From: Octopus sinensis
Taxonomy: Eukaryota
Assembly: GCF_006345805.1 (NCBI RefSeq)
Contig: NC_043002.1
Location: 58,466,001-58,530,000, forward strand
Direction: 5' to 3'
Length of the DNA: 64,000 nucleotides
Numbering within the stretch: position 1 is the stretch's first letter; each line of letters starts with the position of its first letter. Below are positions 48,981-60,835 of the stretch, in pieces. Position numbers and translations under genes: made by a program. A model generated the notes under the pieces. The model was not told where the DNA came from. It worked only from the letters and a program-made list of their open reading frames with translations, and ran no database searches.

Positions 48981-51900
48981 TGTGTGTGTGTGTGTATATA
49001 TATGAAAAGGAAAGATAAGCTCTATAAGATAGGGGATAGGGGCAATTGCTTTACTGCCTGTAAACTTGATATTCCCTGATTAAAAGGGTTTAAAAAATGG
49101 TACAAGATCAACCTTAATAAGGATTGGAACTCAAGACTGACCTCAATGAATATGGACTGCTTCTGGCCAAGCTGTGTTTGTTCAGTAGCATATTAATCTT
49201 TGGTATGGGTGTGTGTGTGTGTGTGTGTGTGTGTGGAAGGAAGAGCACAGATGTGGCAGTATAGTTAAGAGCAGCACTTTTCAAGCCTATGGTTTCAAAT
49301 TCAATCCAACTGTGCAACACCTTGGGCAAGTATCTTCTACTACAGCCCTGAACCCTCACAGCCTTGCGAGAGAATTTGGTTGAGAGAAAACGAGAGAAAC
49401 CCATTGTGTATATGTACATGTATGTGCTTACATTTGTGCTCTACAAAGGACATGAGCTTCGTGCATTGTTGTTGATGTTGCTACTTCTGTCAACAAATTG
49501 TCTTTTTGTCTTTCAAGATCCATGAAGGTTAGCAACAGAAGAACGGCAGTCAACTGCCTGAAAGGATGAAAGACAACGTTGACCTTGGTGGGGTTTGAAC
49601 TCAGAATATAAAGACAACTGAAAGAAATGCTGCAAAGCATTTCATCTCGTGCAGTAATTATTCTACCAGCTTTCCCACCTTCATAAAGATGACAATTCTT
49701 TCTACTAAAAGCACAAGGTCTGACATTTTATGGGTAGGGGAAAGTCAAGGGCTCAATTAGTGCTTATTTTACCAATTCTGTAAGGGAAGGTAAAAATCAA
49801 CCTTTATGGCTTTTGAATTCAGAATGTAGAACTAAAAGAAATGGTGCTAAATATTTTGCCCAACGCAGTAACAATTCTGCCAGCTCACATCTTTAATAAC
49901 AATAATAATAACAATAAAGAATCTAGTGAAACTATATTACAGATAAACCATAGCTCCAAGACAGCACAATTTCTGACCATTCAACAGCCCATATACAAAA
50001 TAATGAATGAAATCAATAAAGCAGTGAGATAGTGCAGCTAGAGATACACTGCCGCAAGTCTTAACATGTTTACATAAGCGCTAATGGAAAACAATAGCAA
50101 TTATATAGCTGTTTGCAGCATGCCTCATCACCCCCACCATCATCATCTTTGTTGTCATGTCAACATCATCACCAGCAGCAGCAGCATGTTCCAAGATTTG
50201 AATAAATCTGAGAACATATAACAATATAAACTTAATGATGGATCTCTTTCATACAACGAAGATTCAGTTGCTTGATCAACTGGATATTTCGTCCCTGAAT
50301 TAATAAGCGGTCGAGCACCTTACAGACAAGTTCTTTTTACTTTCACTTATTTCTGTCATTTGACTGTGGCCATGCTGGAACACCACCTTGCCGGAAAAAA
50401 TCCACCCCAGAACTTATTATTTGTAAGTCTAGGACTTATTCTATTGGTCTCTTTTGCCGAACTGCAAAACAGTTATGGGGACATAAACACACCAACACTA
50501 GTTGTCAAGCAGTGATGGGGGACAAACACAGACACACAGATATATATATATACATTTATACACACACACATATATATATATACATACACATATATATATA
50601 CGCACACACACACACATATATATATATACATACACATATATATACGCACACACACACACACATATATATATACGCACACACACACACATATGATGGGCTT
50701 CTTTTAGTTTCCGTCTACTAAATCCACTCACAAGGATTTGGTCGGCCCAAGGTTTTTGTAGAAGACACTTACCCAAGGTGCCACACAGTGGGACTGAAGT
50801 CAGATCAATGTTGTTGAGAAGCAAGCTTCTTACCACACAGCCATGCCTGTGCCTTTACTGTTAACATAATTCTTAGGGAGGGTCAGCATTATACATTGCA
50901 TGTGACAGTTATGTATCTTTTGAGCTAATAGACACCTGGCGAACTTCCACACAGTTTCTGTCAAACCAATTTCACTCACAAGGTCTGAGGAGACTAAACG
51001 CCATAGTAAAACAATATTTGCCAAGATACGAAGCAGCCCGAGACCTCATGGTTGCAGAATGAACTTCCTAACCTTTTGGCTATATAAACCTAATAACACC
51101 AGTATTTATAAGATATTTATCATCGCTTAATGCCTGCTTCCCATGTTGGCATGGTTTGGACAAATTGACAGAACCTAATGAGTCAAAGACCATCATTGAA
51201 CTCCAGTATTTGATCTGGCATCATTTCTATAGCTTCCTAGCACCATCCAGTCTACTGAGTGTACTGGGTTTTTTTTCTTTTTCTTCTTTTTGTAGCACCA
51301 GCATTAGTCAGGTGACCAAGACAAAGAAAACTACTCTTCAATTAAGTGCTGGTGTAAATATTCATCATTGTCATCTTCATCCTCATTTAACATCCGCTTT
51401 CCATGCTAGCATGGGTTAAATGGTTTGATGGGGGATTGGCAAACCAAGAGGCTGCACCAGGCACCAGTCTGATCTGGCAAGGTTTCTACAGCTGGATGCC
51501 TTTCCTAATGCCAACCACTTTGAGAGTGTAGTGGGTGCTTTTTAGATGCCACCAGCATAGGGACCAGTTGGGCAGCACTGGCATCGACCATGCTCGAATG
51601 GTGCTTTTTACATGCCGCCAGCACAGGAGCCAAAGTTTGTCAAAATTATTCATATGTTTTAAATATACTAATCCAAATAAATATGCACTGCAACAGAATT
51701 TATCTAATAGATAAGACAATCTAATAGGTACAGATATGGCTGCATGATTGAGCAGTTTGCTTCCCAATGATACTGCTTTAAGACACTTGCTCTAGGTACC
51801 ATGCAGTTCCACTGCATGGTACCTAGGGCAAGTGTCTTCCAATACAACCCCAGGACTACCAAAGACTTGTGAAAGGATTCGGTAGACAGAAACTGAAAAA

Positions 51901-52490
51901 CCTGTAATTTTGTGTATGTGTGTGTGTTAGTGTCTCCTATTTTTGACATCATGTGATAGTTGTAAATGAGTATCACTGTCATACAGGCAATGTCATTTAC
52001 TTCCAATATTCTGCAGAAACATGTCTGGCCATGGGGAAACATTACTTTGCTTGGCAACAGGAAGGATATATGACTATAGAAAATCTGTCTAAATAAAATC
52101 TATCCAACCCATGCAAGCATGGAAAAGTGGATGCTAAAACAAAGAGGAGGAGGATGAATAATATACCAGTTTAGAAGAGACACTGGTGCAAAGTTGAATT
52201 TTAGAATTCTCTCAAGTGTAATTCCACAATTACTCTGAAGAAATTTATGGCCATGTTATGTTCCTGTGAAATACCCAAGTGGCAAATTTTTATAGATTAC
52301 GAGACCCAATCCATTTCTGGTACTTATTTCAATAAACCAAACATATAAAGGTACCCAAATGCCAGATGGTAGTATCAAACCAGACAATAAATTATATCTA
52401 CCACCAAGAGAATTTCAATTGTAAGATACTGCAGCACAAACCAAAATTGCTAACTTTTGAAGAAAAATTCTAGCATAAAAAGGTTTTTAA

Positions 52491-52703
52491 CCCTTTTCAT
52501 ACCAACCTGCCTCAGATGACCTCTGGTTCTATGCTACAAACTTCTCACTTTAAAGTAATCTAAATTTAAGCCTCCCATCAAAATTTCATTTTATGTTCCA
52601 AATACCAGCTTAATTAAGACGAAGTTATTTTAGTAAATTATCATTTTCAAAATTAACTGAAATAGAATCAGTGTATTTTGACAGAAATATGGTAACTAAA
52701 GGG
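52491..52703. mobile_element. piggyBac-like MITE
   Basis: TTAA|CCCTTT...AAAGGG|TTAA. Confidence 0.7.
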
Positions 52704-54850
52704 TTAAAGTGATCCAACAACTTATATCAAAATAAAACATTTTTTTTTTGTTTCACTCACCAGATTAATAATTAAGATATTTTACTAAATTCACTATTAC
52801 CAAAATTAATTGAAACAAAAGGTGTAAATTTCAACAGAAAAAAAGAAAAACAAAAAACCAAAAAATGTTGGTTTCATGTTGAGACTACAAAGTAAGCATT
52901 AAGAGATTGCATGTGATTCATTGTAAGATAACTGAACTTAAGCTACTAGTTTCATTTAAACAATGTATTGACTTAATTACACAGCAACTGATAACTATTT
53001 GGAGTAGGAGGTAAAATATTTAGTCTCCCTCCTCATGAGGGGCAGTAAGTAGTAGTACATGGCTTACAAAGATAAGATGTTATACTAGAGATTAAAAGGT
53101 CAAGTTCAGGCGGTGCCACAAGTGTTCTTCTTGTAGGCCCAGGTGAAGACAGATTTGTGCCTCACTCTCCTTCCACCAACTGCATCAGAAAATTAGGTGT
53201 CAATCTTTACAGCTGAGAAGAAAAGGACAAAAAGAACCATGAAACTGGGAGAAAGCTGGTTATCAAAGTAGTTCCTGGCTTTGGGTAAAAGAAAATACAG
53301 GAGGATCAGTTAGTTATGATTTTATTCAACATATTCCCCTCTCAGATTCACACATTTATTGCAGCAGTCCATCAGTTTTTCTAAGCCCTCCAACCAGGAA
53401 TTTTGCAAAACCCTTAAAGCCAGGAACTTTTCAGCATCCCTTCATGTCTTTGTTTCAATTAATTTAGAAAATAATAATGATTTAATAAATAGCAGTCGTT
53501 ATTAAGCTGGTGTTTGGAACATTAACACGAGATTTTGATAAAAGATTTCAATTCAAATCAGTTTAAAACAGAAAGGTCCCAGGCTCTGGTAGGTTGGTGT
53601 CTAAAGAGGTTAACCCTTTAGCATTCAGGCTTTTCTGTCAAACGTAATACTTATTCATTCACACCGTTTTAAATCAATTAAGCATTATCTAGCAGCTTTG
53701 AGATTTTGATACAATTATTTTATGAATGACGTTGTAGGGTAGGTGAGAGAAGCCAGTTCTGGTTGGTTTGAACATAAAACAAGAAGAATATTCATGCCAG
53801 ATATGGCCATCTAAATTCTAAACAGTTATATTTCGTTATTTACATAACTGAAATCAGGCGTTAATGGTGGGCATTAGGAAGGGCATCCTGCAAAAAAAAA
53901 AGCCATGCCAAAGTAGATATTGGTGCACATGATATAATTTTGCAACTTGTCAAACTTTGTAGAACCATGCATCCCATGTCGGCATTGAAGCCAGACATTA
54001 GATGATGATGATGATGGCATTCAGAAATCTAGAAGAGAAAGAGGAAGTAAAGATCAAAAGAAGCAATAAAACAAATGGAATAGGATTTCCTCAAACCAAT
54101 GAAGACTAAAAATGGTGGTGATGTGAAAAAAAGTGGAATCAGAGCTTTTGGTGTCCTTGTGTCTATGTTGAGAGAAGTGTTCACAGCTGTGGATAAAACA
54201 TTCAGCTGGATTTGAGAAGAGGCGAAAGAGTGTGTATGTGAGTGTGCATGTGTGCGTGAGTGTGCTTGTGTGCGTGAGCGCATGTACAAGTGTGTGAGTG
54301 GGTGTATGTGTGTGTGACTGCATGTGAGTGCATGCATGAGTGAGTGCATGCATGAGTGTGTGTCTCCATCTCCCTGTCTTGATACAACGATAGCTGTAAA
54401 TGAGTATCGCTATCGTACAAGCAGTGTCCTTCATTTCCAATATTCTGTGGCCCTGGGGAAATGTTGCCTCACTTGAAAATAGGTGCGGGTTGGCAACAGG
54501 GGGTATTTGGCTGTAGAACATTTGCCTAATAAAAATACTTCATCTGACCCATGCAAGCATGGAAAAATGAACATTAAAATGATGACGATACATTACAGAA
54601 AACCAAATAACATCAAAATATTGGTCAACGTATCCACCATTCATATCTGATTCTCAAACTAAAAGCAGGGCACTGAACTCACACTAGTGCAAATCAAATT
54701 AACTGTAAATAGATCTCAAGTGTCAGTAGGAGCATTGTATGATTACTGAGTGTTTTACTTTGCTTTCAATACTGAGACTAAATCCAACCATTGCTACAAT
54801 CATCTGCCCGTGATACACTGCATGAAGTTGAAGTTTAATGATCTCCTTAA

Positions 54851-55070
54851 CCCCTTTGTTACCAACCCGGCTGAAACTGGCTCTGGCTTTGAGTACAAAT
54901 GTCTTGTTTCCATAAGTTTTTAATAAAAACCTTCCACCAAACCTTAGTCAAAATTTACATTCCTAACACTAGCTGAATGATAACTAAGTTATTTTACTAA
55001 ATTCTTTGTTATATTTAAAGTAATTGAAAGAAACACAGAGCATCTCAACAGAAATAAGGTAACAAAAGGG
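54851..55070. mobile_element. piggyBac-like MITE, same family as 122..342 in opposite orientation
   Basis: TTAA|CCCCTTTG...CAAAAGGG|TTAA. Confidence 0.75.
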
Positions 55071-56418
55071 TTAATATGTAAAGGATGAGGAAATACATCA
55101 AAACCACCATCATATATGTCAATGGTTAGCAACAGGGTCAAGGTATTTAGATGTAAAAACACTTTAAAAAAATAAAATAATCTACCCATGATAGCAAAAC
55201 AAATATTTATATATTGAGTTGGTGCATTATTATTGTGGCTTTTTTTCAACAAAACCATCTTTAAATAATTATTCCGGAGCATATTCACCATCTACTTCAA
55301 TTACTGCTTCCCATTTGCTTGGCAGACGGTCAGACCATCATTTAAAGATGTTTTTGTTAAATATGTTATTGTTTTTGTTGGATAAAATTTATTGAAAAAA
55401 AGCTGCAATAATTATGCACCAACACAATACATCATCATCATCATAGTTTAACATCTGTTTTCCATGGTGGCATGGATTGGATGGTTCAACTGGCGGGTGG
55501 GGGGGTCTGGGAAGCCAGGAGGCTGTACCAGGTGCCAATCTGATCTGGCAATGTTTCTACAGCTGGATACCCAATCACTCCAAGAGTGTAGTGGGTACTT
55601 TTTATGTGCTACTGGCACAGGGGCCACACTGGGCTGGCATCAACCATGTCTGGATGGTGCTTTTACGTGCCACCAACACAGGAGCCAGAGGGGGCTGGCA
55701 TTGACCACATTTAGACGGTGCTTTTATGTGCCACCAGCATGGGAGCCAGTTGGGGCAAGGGAGGTGGTATCGACAACATTTGGATGGTGCTTTTTACATG
55801 CCACCGGCATGGGGAGACAGACAGGCAACGTTGGCATCAGCCACAACTACAATTTCCATTTGATTGTGCTCTGATTTGATTTTGATACATATAAAACAGA
55901 AAGAAAATCAATAAAAGAAATGCAGGGTACTTAAATTTCCTAATTAAAATCAAAAGAGTAATACTTAGAAACATTATCCAAAGTAATTAGTAATTAGGGA
56001 GAAACTCTTTGAAATAAAGAGATTTACTCTCAAACAAATTCAAATATATTTAATAATTCAGGTCCTAAGGGAAATTTACTAAATTTATGTGGTCCTTCCC
56101 TAAATTAAGGGTTTAGTTTTATTCCCATTTTTATTAATTTGCTCATTAAATTTATGTATATTTCCAATGGGTACAGGCATGGATGTGTGGTTAAGCAGTT
56201 CACTTGCCAACCATATGGTTTCAAGTTCAATCCCACTACAAGGTGGGCAAATGTCTTTTAGTCAATGGATTGGGTAGATTATAAATATACGTTTGTGCAT
56301 GCATGTATTTGTGTGTGTGTGAGTGTGTGTATATATATATATATATACATATACTGTTAACATTTGTTTATGTTCAGTTATAATAAAGACAGTTTTACAT
56401 TAATCTGATGGGTTGGTC

Positions 56419-56547
56419 CAGTGGTTCACAGACCCCTGGTGGTCCATGAACATATTAAGCTAACCGACCTTTCAATATCCTGGGGCCTGTGGGAAAACTC
56501 ATTTATATAAAAGGGGTCCTTGGTAGTGAAAAGGTTGGCAACGACTG
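56419..56547. mobile_element. hAT-type MITE, about 129 bp; a second related element follows at about 56561-56775
   Basis: CAGTGGTTC...ACGACTG ends; TSD GGTTGGTC/GGTTAGTC (7 of 8 match). Confidence 0.6.
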
Positions 56548-56814
56548 GGTTAGTCTATACCAATGGTTCTCAGCTGGGTCCATATAAGATTTTGTTGTTA
56601 AAATTTATGAGCAATAAATAGCTTAAACACCTACGATAGATTTTTTAATACAATTCCTTATAATATTTGGTTACAAAAATATATTAAGATGTCTTTTATA
56701 TACATTGAATGACAAGGACAATACATCCAAGTAATCAAAGGTGTCCATAGGCAAAAAAATGGCCGAGAACCACTACTCTTCTACTTTTGTAGAGTATAAT
56801 TTTATTAAACTTAA

Positions 56815-57323
56815 CCCATTAACTGCCAAATTTTTTATTCATATTTTTTGGCTTTGCCAGGTGTCTTAGGAGTTGAAATAATATATAGTATTTAGATTTT
56901 CTTTGTATGTGAATTATTTTGGAAATTATAAATTTTTTCGAAAAGTCTCAAATGGGGATCGCTGAAAAAAAGCATATTTATCCTTTTCTATTCAATTGCA
57001 ATAATAAACATTTTTTTTAAAAACTAGAGTATCAAATGTGAATGTGCATGAAATATCAATGAATGATATAATAGATGGGAAATGCAAAGAAAAAAAAAAC
57101 TTTTTCAAAATAGTCAATATTTTTTGTAGTTCAAAAATTGCAATTTATGACATAAAATGTCCTTTGGAATTAGCCAGAGCTGCTAATGACTAACTACTAA
57201 ATATTGTTAAACAAATCTCTGCAAATACAATGTACATAAGCAATTCATTTTAAATACAATGAACAACTGGCAGTGAGACTGTTTTTAGTAGACTCCCAAA
57301 TGGGGCTCATGGCAGGCAATGGG
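56815..57323. mobile_element. piggyBac-like MITE, 509 bp
   Basis: TTAA|CCCATTAACTGCCA...TGGCAGGCAATGGG|TTAA (TIR 12 of 14 match). Confidence 0.75.
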
Positions 57324-57408
57324 TTAAAAGAAGAATATTACTGACAGTGACTTCAAAGTTTCAGCCATCAGAGTCACTGTTGATAATATTTTTGTTTAAG
57401 AGGGTGCG

Positions 57409-57663
57409 TGTAAAGACAAGAACATGACATACATTGGAGAGACATCTAGAAGCATTGTAGAGAGGATAAATGAACATTTGAAACAATATGAAGACAAAAG
57501 ATAGTCCTCCATACTCTACCAACATGCCAAAGACCAACATGGAAGCACACTGGGTCAGCTTGACATCTGCATTTTATCCAAACACCCAAGGGACCCAACA
57601 CTCAGATAAATACAGGAGTATGTCCTCATAAATGAAATATCCCCCATACTAAATAGGAGACAC
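57409..57663 (+). pseudogene. Penelope-like element GIY-YIG endonuclease remnant with two in-frame stops
   Basis: CKDKNMTYIGETSRSIVERINEHLKQYEDKR*SSILYQHAKDQHGSTLGQLDICILSKHPRDPTLR*IQEYVLINEISPILNRR: YIGETxR..xxR..EH and E...I....P.LN motifs. Confidence 0.8.
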
Positions 57664-59253
57664 ACATAGAAGGTAGTGATACCCCAATACCTACAGTTTA
57701 TACATACACAGGTAGATTTGTTAGCAAGCTGTTATGTAGGCAAATAGGTAGGTAAATGGCTATGTAGGTAAACAGATAAATAAGTAGACAGATAGGTACA
57801 CAGGTAATATGGACAGACAAGCACACACAAACACACATACATACACAAAAAGAGACAGTAAGACATGACCATATACACACACACAAGGACACATGGAGAC
57901 AAACATGCATACATAATAGAGGCATGTACAGTCACACAAACAGGTGAATGTGTAGAATACATACAAAGGTACAAATATTCATACACACACATATACATGC
58001 ATACACACACCTGCTTACATATGTGAATACACATGCACACTGATGCACACAAACAAAAAGAACACAGCTCCAATAATGGACAGAATCAGCAACAATTGAA
58101 GAGGTCGCAAGACGCAACGAAAATTTTAGAAGAAAAATACTAAATGAGTGGAAATTGAACTGGTGAGTGTGTTAATTAATAAGGCATTAAAACAGAATGA
58201 CTCTCTCAAGACAACAAAAATTTTGTTCTATACACATATACATACACGTGTAAGTATGTGCTTTTGTTGACATTGAACAACAGCTGTAAATGAACATCAC
58301 TGTCAATTATCATCATCATCATCGTTATCTCCCCTTTCCATGCTAGCGTGGGTTGGACGATTTGATTGAGGACTGGCGAACCAGATGGCTGCACCAGGCT
58401 CCAATCTGATCTGGCAGAGTTTCTACAGCTGGATGCCATTCCTAACGCCAACCACTCCGAGAGTATAGTGGGTGTTTTTAAGTGCCACTGGCACGAGGGC
58501 CAGTCAGGTGGTACTGTCAACGACCACGCTCAAGTGGTGGTTTTTACGTGCCACCTGCACAGGAGTCAGTCCAGCGGCAGTGGCAACAACCTTGCTCAAA
58601 TGTTTTGTTCACGTGCCACCAGGATTTAGTAAAATAATTTAGTCATTATCAAGCTGGAGTTTGGAACATAACATGCAATTTTTGATGGCAGGTTTTAATT
58701 CAGAACACTTTAAAACAGGAAGTTTGTATTGGAGAACCAAAAGTGTTGTCAGGCAGGATGGTAGGAAAAAGGCTAAACCCTTTGTTACCATATTTCTGTT
58801 GAGGCACACAGATTCATCATTGTCATCATTTAATGCCTGTCTTCCATGGTGGCATAGGCGGAATGGTTTGACAGGAGTTGGTAAGGACAAGAGCTGTGTC
58901 AGATTCCAGTGTTTATTTTGGCATGGTTTCTACAGCTGGAGGAGTGGAGGCATGTGGTAGGGGTGCTGGACTCATGATTGTAAGATTGTGGTTTCAATTC
59001 TTGGACCGGGCAATGTGCTGTGTTCTTGAGCAAAACCCCTAATTTCACGTTGCTCCAGTCCACTCAGCTGGCAAAAATGAATAACCCTGCAACAGACCAG
59101 TGTCCTATCCAGGTGAGGAATATATACGCCACTGAAACCAGGTAACCAGCCCTCATGAGCCTGGCATGGCTTGGGAAGGAAACATTATTCTACAGCTTGA
59201 TGCCCTTCCTAACACCAGCCACTTCACAGAATGTACTGGGTGCTTTTTACATT

Positions 59254-59861
59254 GCACCATCACCAATACTCTTTATGTGGCACTGTCACCAATGCTCTTT
59301 ATGAGGCACCGTCACCAATGCTCTTTATGAGGCACCGTCACCAATGCTCTTTATGTGGCACCGTCACCAATGCTCTTTATGTGGCACCGTCACCAATGCT
59401 CTTTATGTGGCACCGTCACCAATACTCTTTATGTGGCACCGTCACCAATACTCTTTATGTGGCACCGTCACCAATACTCTTTATGTGGCACCGTCACCAA
59501 TACTCTTTATGTGGCACCGTCACCAATACTCTTTATGTGGCACCGTCACCAATACTCTTTATGTGGCACCGTCACCAATACTCTTTATGTGGCACCGTCA
59601 CCAATACTCTTTATGTGGCACCGTCACCAATACTCTTTATGTGGCACCGTCACCAATACTCTTTATGTGGCACCGTCACCAATACTCTTTATGTGGCACC
59701 GTCACCAATACTCTTTATGTGGCACCGTCACCAATACTCTTTATGTGGCACCGTCACCAATACTCTTTATGTGGCACCGTCACCAATACTCTTTATGTGG
59801 CACCGTCACCAATACTCCTTATGTGGCACCATCACCAATATTTTTTATGTAGTACCATCAC
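59254..59861. repeat. 26-bp minisatellite, about 23 copies (GTGGCACCGTCACCAATACTCTTTAT), inside a family-D element
   Basis: Direct reading; 26-aa periodic ORFs in all three frames (3 x 26 nt). Confidence 0.95.
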
Positions 59862-60544
59862 TGCTGCTATTTCTAGCAAGTCAAATGATCCTATAGAGTT
59901 TTCTGAGTTACCTTCAACTATAAGCAAACCGAAATGTTTGAAGGTGATATCTCAAGGCAAGTCAGGCTCTTTGCTTCAAACCTAAATTCTAAATTGCCTC
60001 GTCTGCTTCAATGCTCCTGAGGAAAACAGGAATGCATACTAATCACCTTACACCCACACATGTTTGTTAGCTTTTTTCCTTTTTGATTTACTGTTTTATA
60101 TCTAATATTAATTTTCTTTCTAACTTTTTAAAAAATATTGCAACCATTTTTCAGTACTTATAAGAGTGGAATTTACATGTGTATATAACTCTACAGAGTC
60201 AACAATATGGCCAAGGTGAAATATTTTGGAGAGTGAAGTATTTTGCTTCTAAATATACTTATGTACAGCAGAGTCTCACATATGTAATATAGCTGTGAAT
60301 TGGAAGACCTCAATTCACTGAGGTCATAGGCTATTGCTATTACTAGAGAAAAATTCACTCTAGGAGTGTTAGATATAGACATTTCCCTTGTCTTCCCACG
60401 TCCGATTCTATGTAAATGTGTTAAATATAATTGTACATGCATATATTTCCATTATTATTTCTAAACTTAAGACAAATGCAGTAATTTTCAACAGAAATAT
60501 GGCATCAAAAACGTTGACATTAACGATGGTGGTGGTGGTGGCTA

Positions 60545-60835
60545 ACGAAACTAGAAAACCTGGTGCTCCGTCAGTTACGAGGGTTCCAGTTGATCCGATC
60601 AAACGCACGACCATGTACCATTAACATAGTTCTCAGAGAGATTCAGCGTGACAGAGAATGTCACGAGATTGGTCCTTTGAAATACAGGTACAGCTCATTT
60701 TTTTGCCAGCTGAGTGGACTGGAGCAACGTGAAATAAAGTGTCTTGCTCATGGATACAATGCAGCACTGGGAATCGAACTCAGGACCTTATAAGCATAAG
60801 CTAAATACTCCTAACCACTCAGCCACATGCCTTCA
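60545..60835 (-). mobile_element. tRNA-derived SINE family F; other copies at about 8510-8790, 14445-14700, 35325-35480, 36040-36190 and 58945-59180
   Basis: tggctgagtggttagg A-box, gagttcgattccc B-box, ttgagcaagacactttatttcac...cagctgg body. Confidence 0.7.

Noticed and set aside
59231-59985. 165-221 aa periodic ORFs and a CRISPR-like look
   Set aside because: Contiguous 26-bp tandem repeat with no spacers, in a eukaryotic context.
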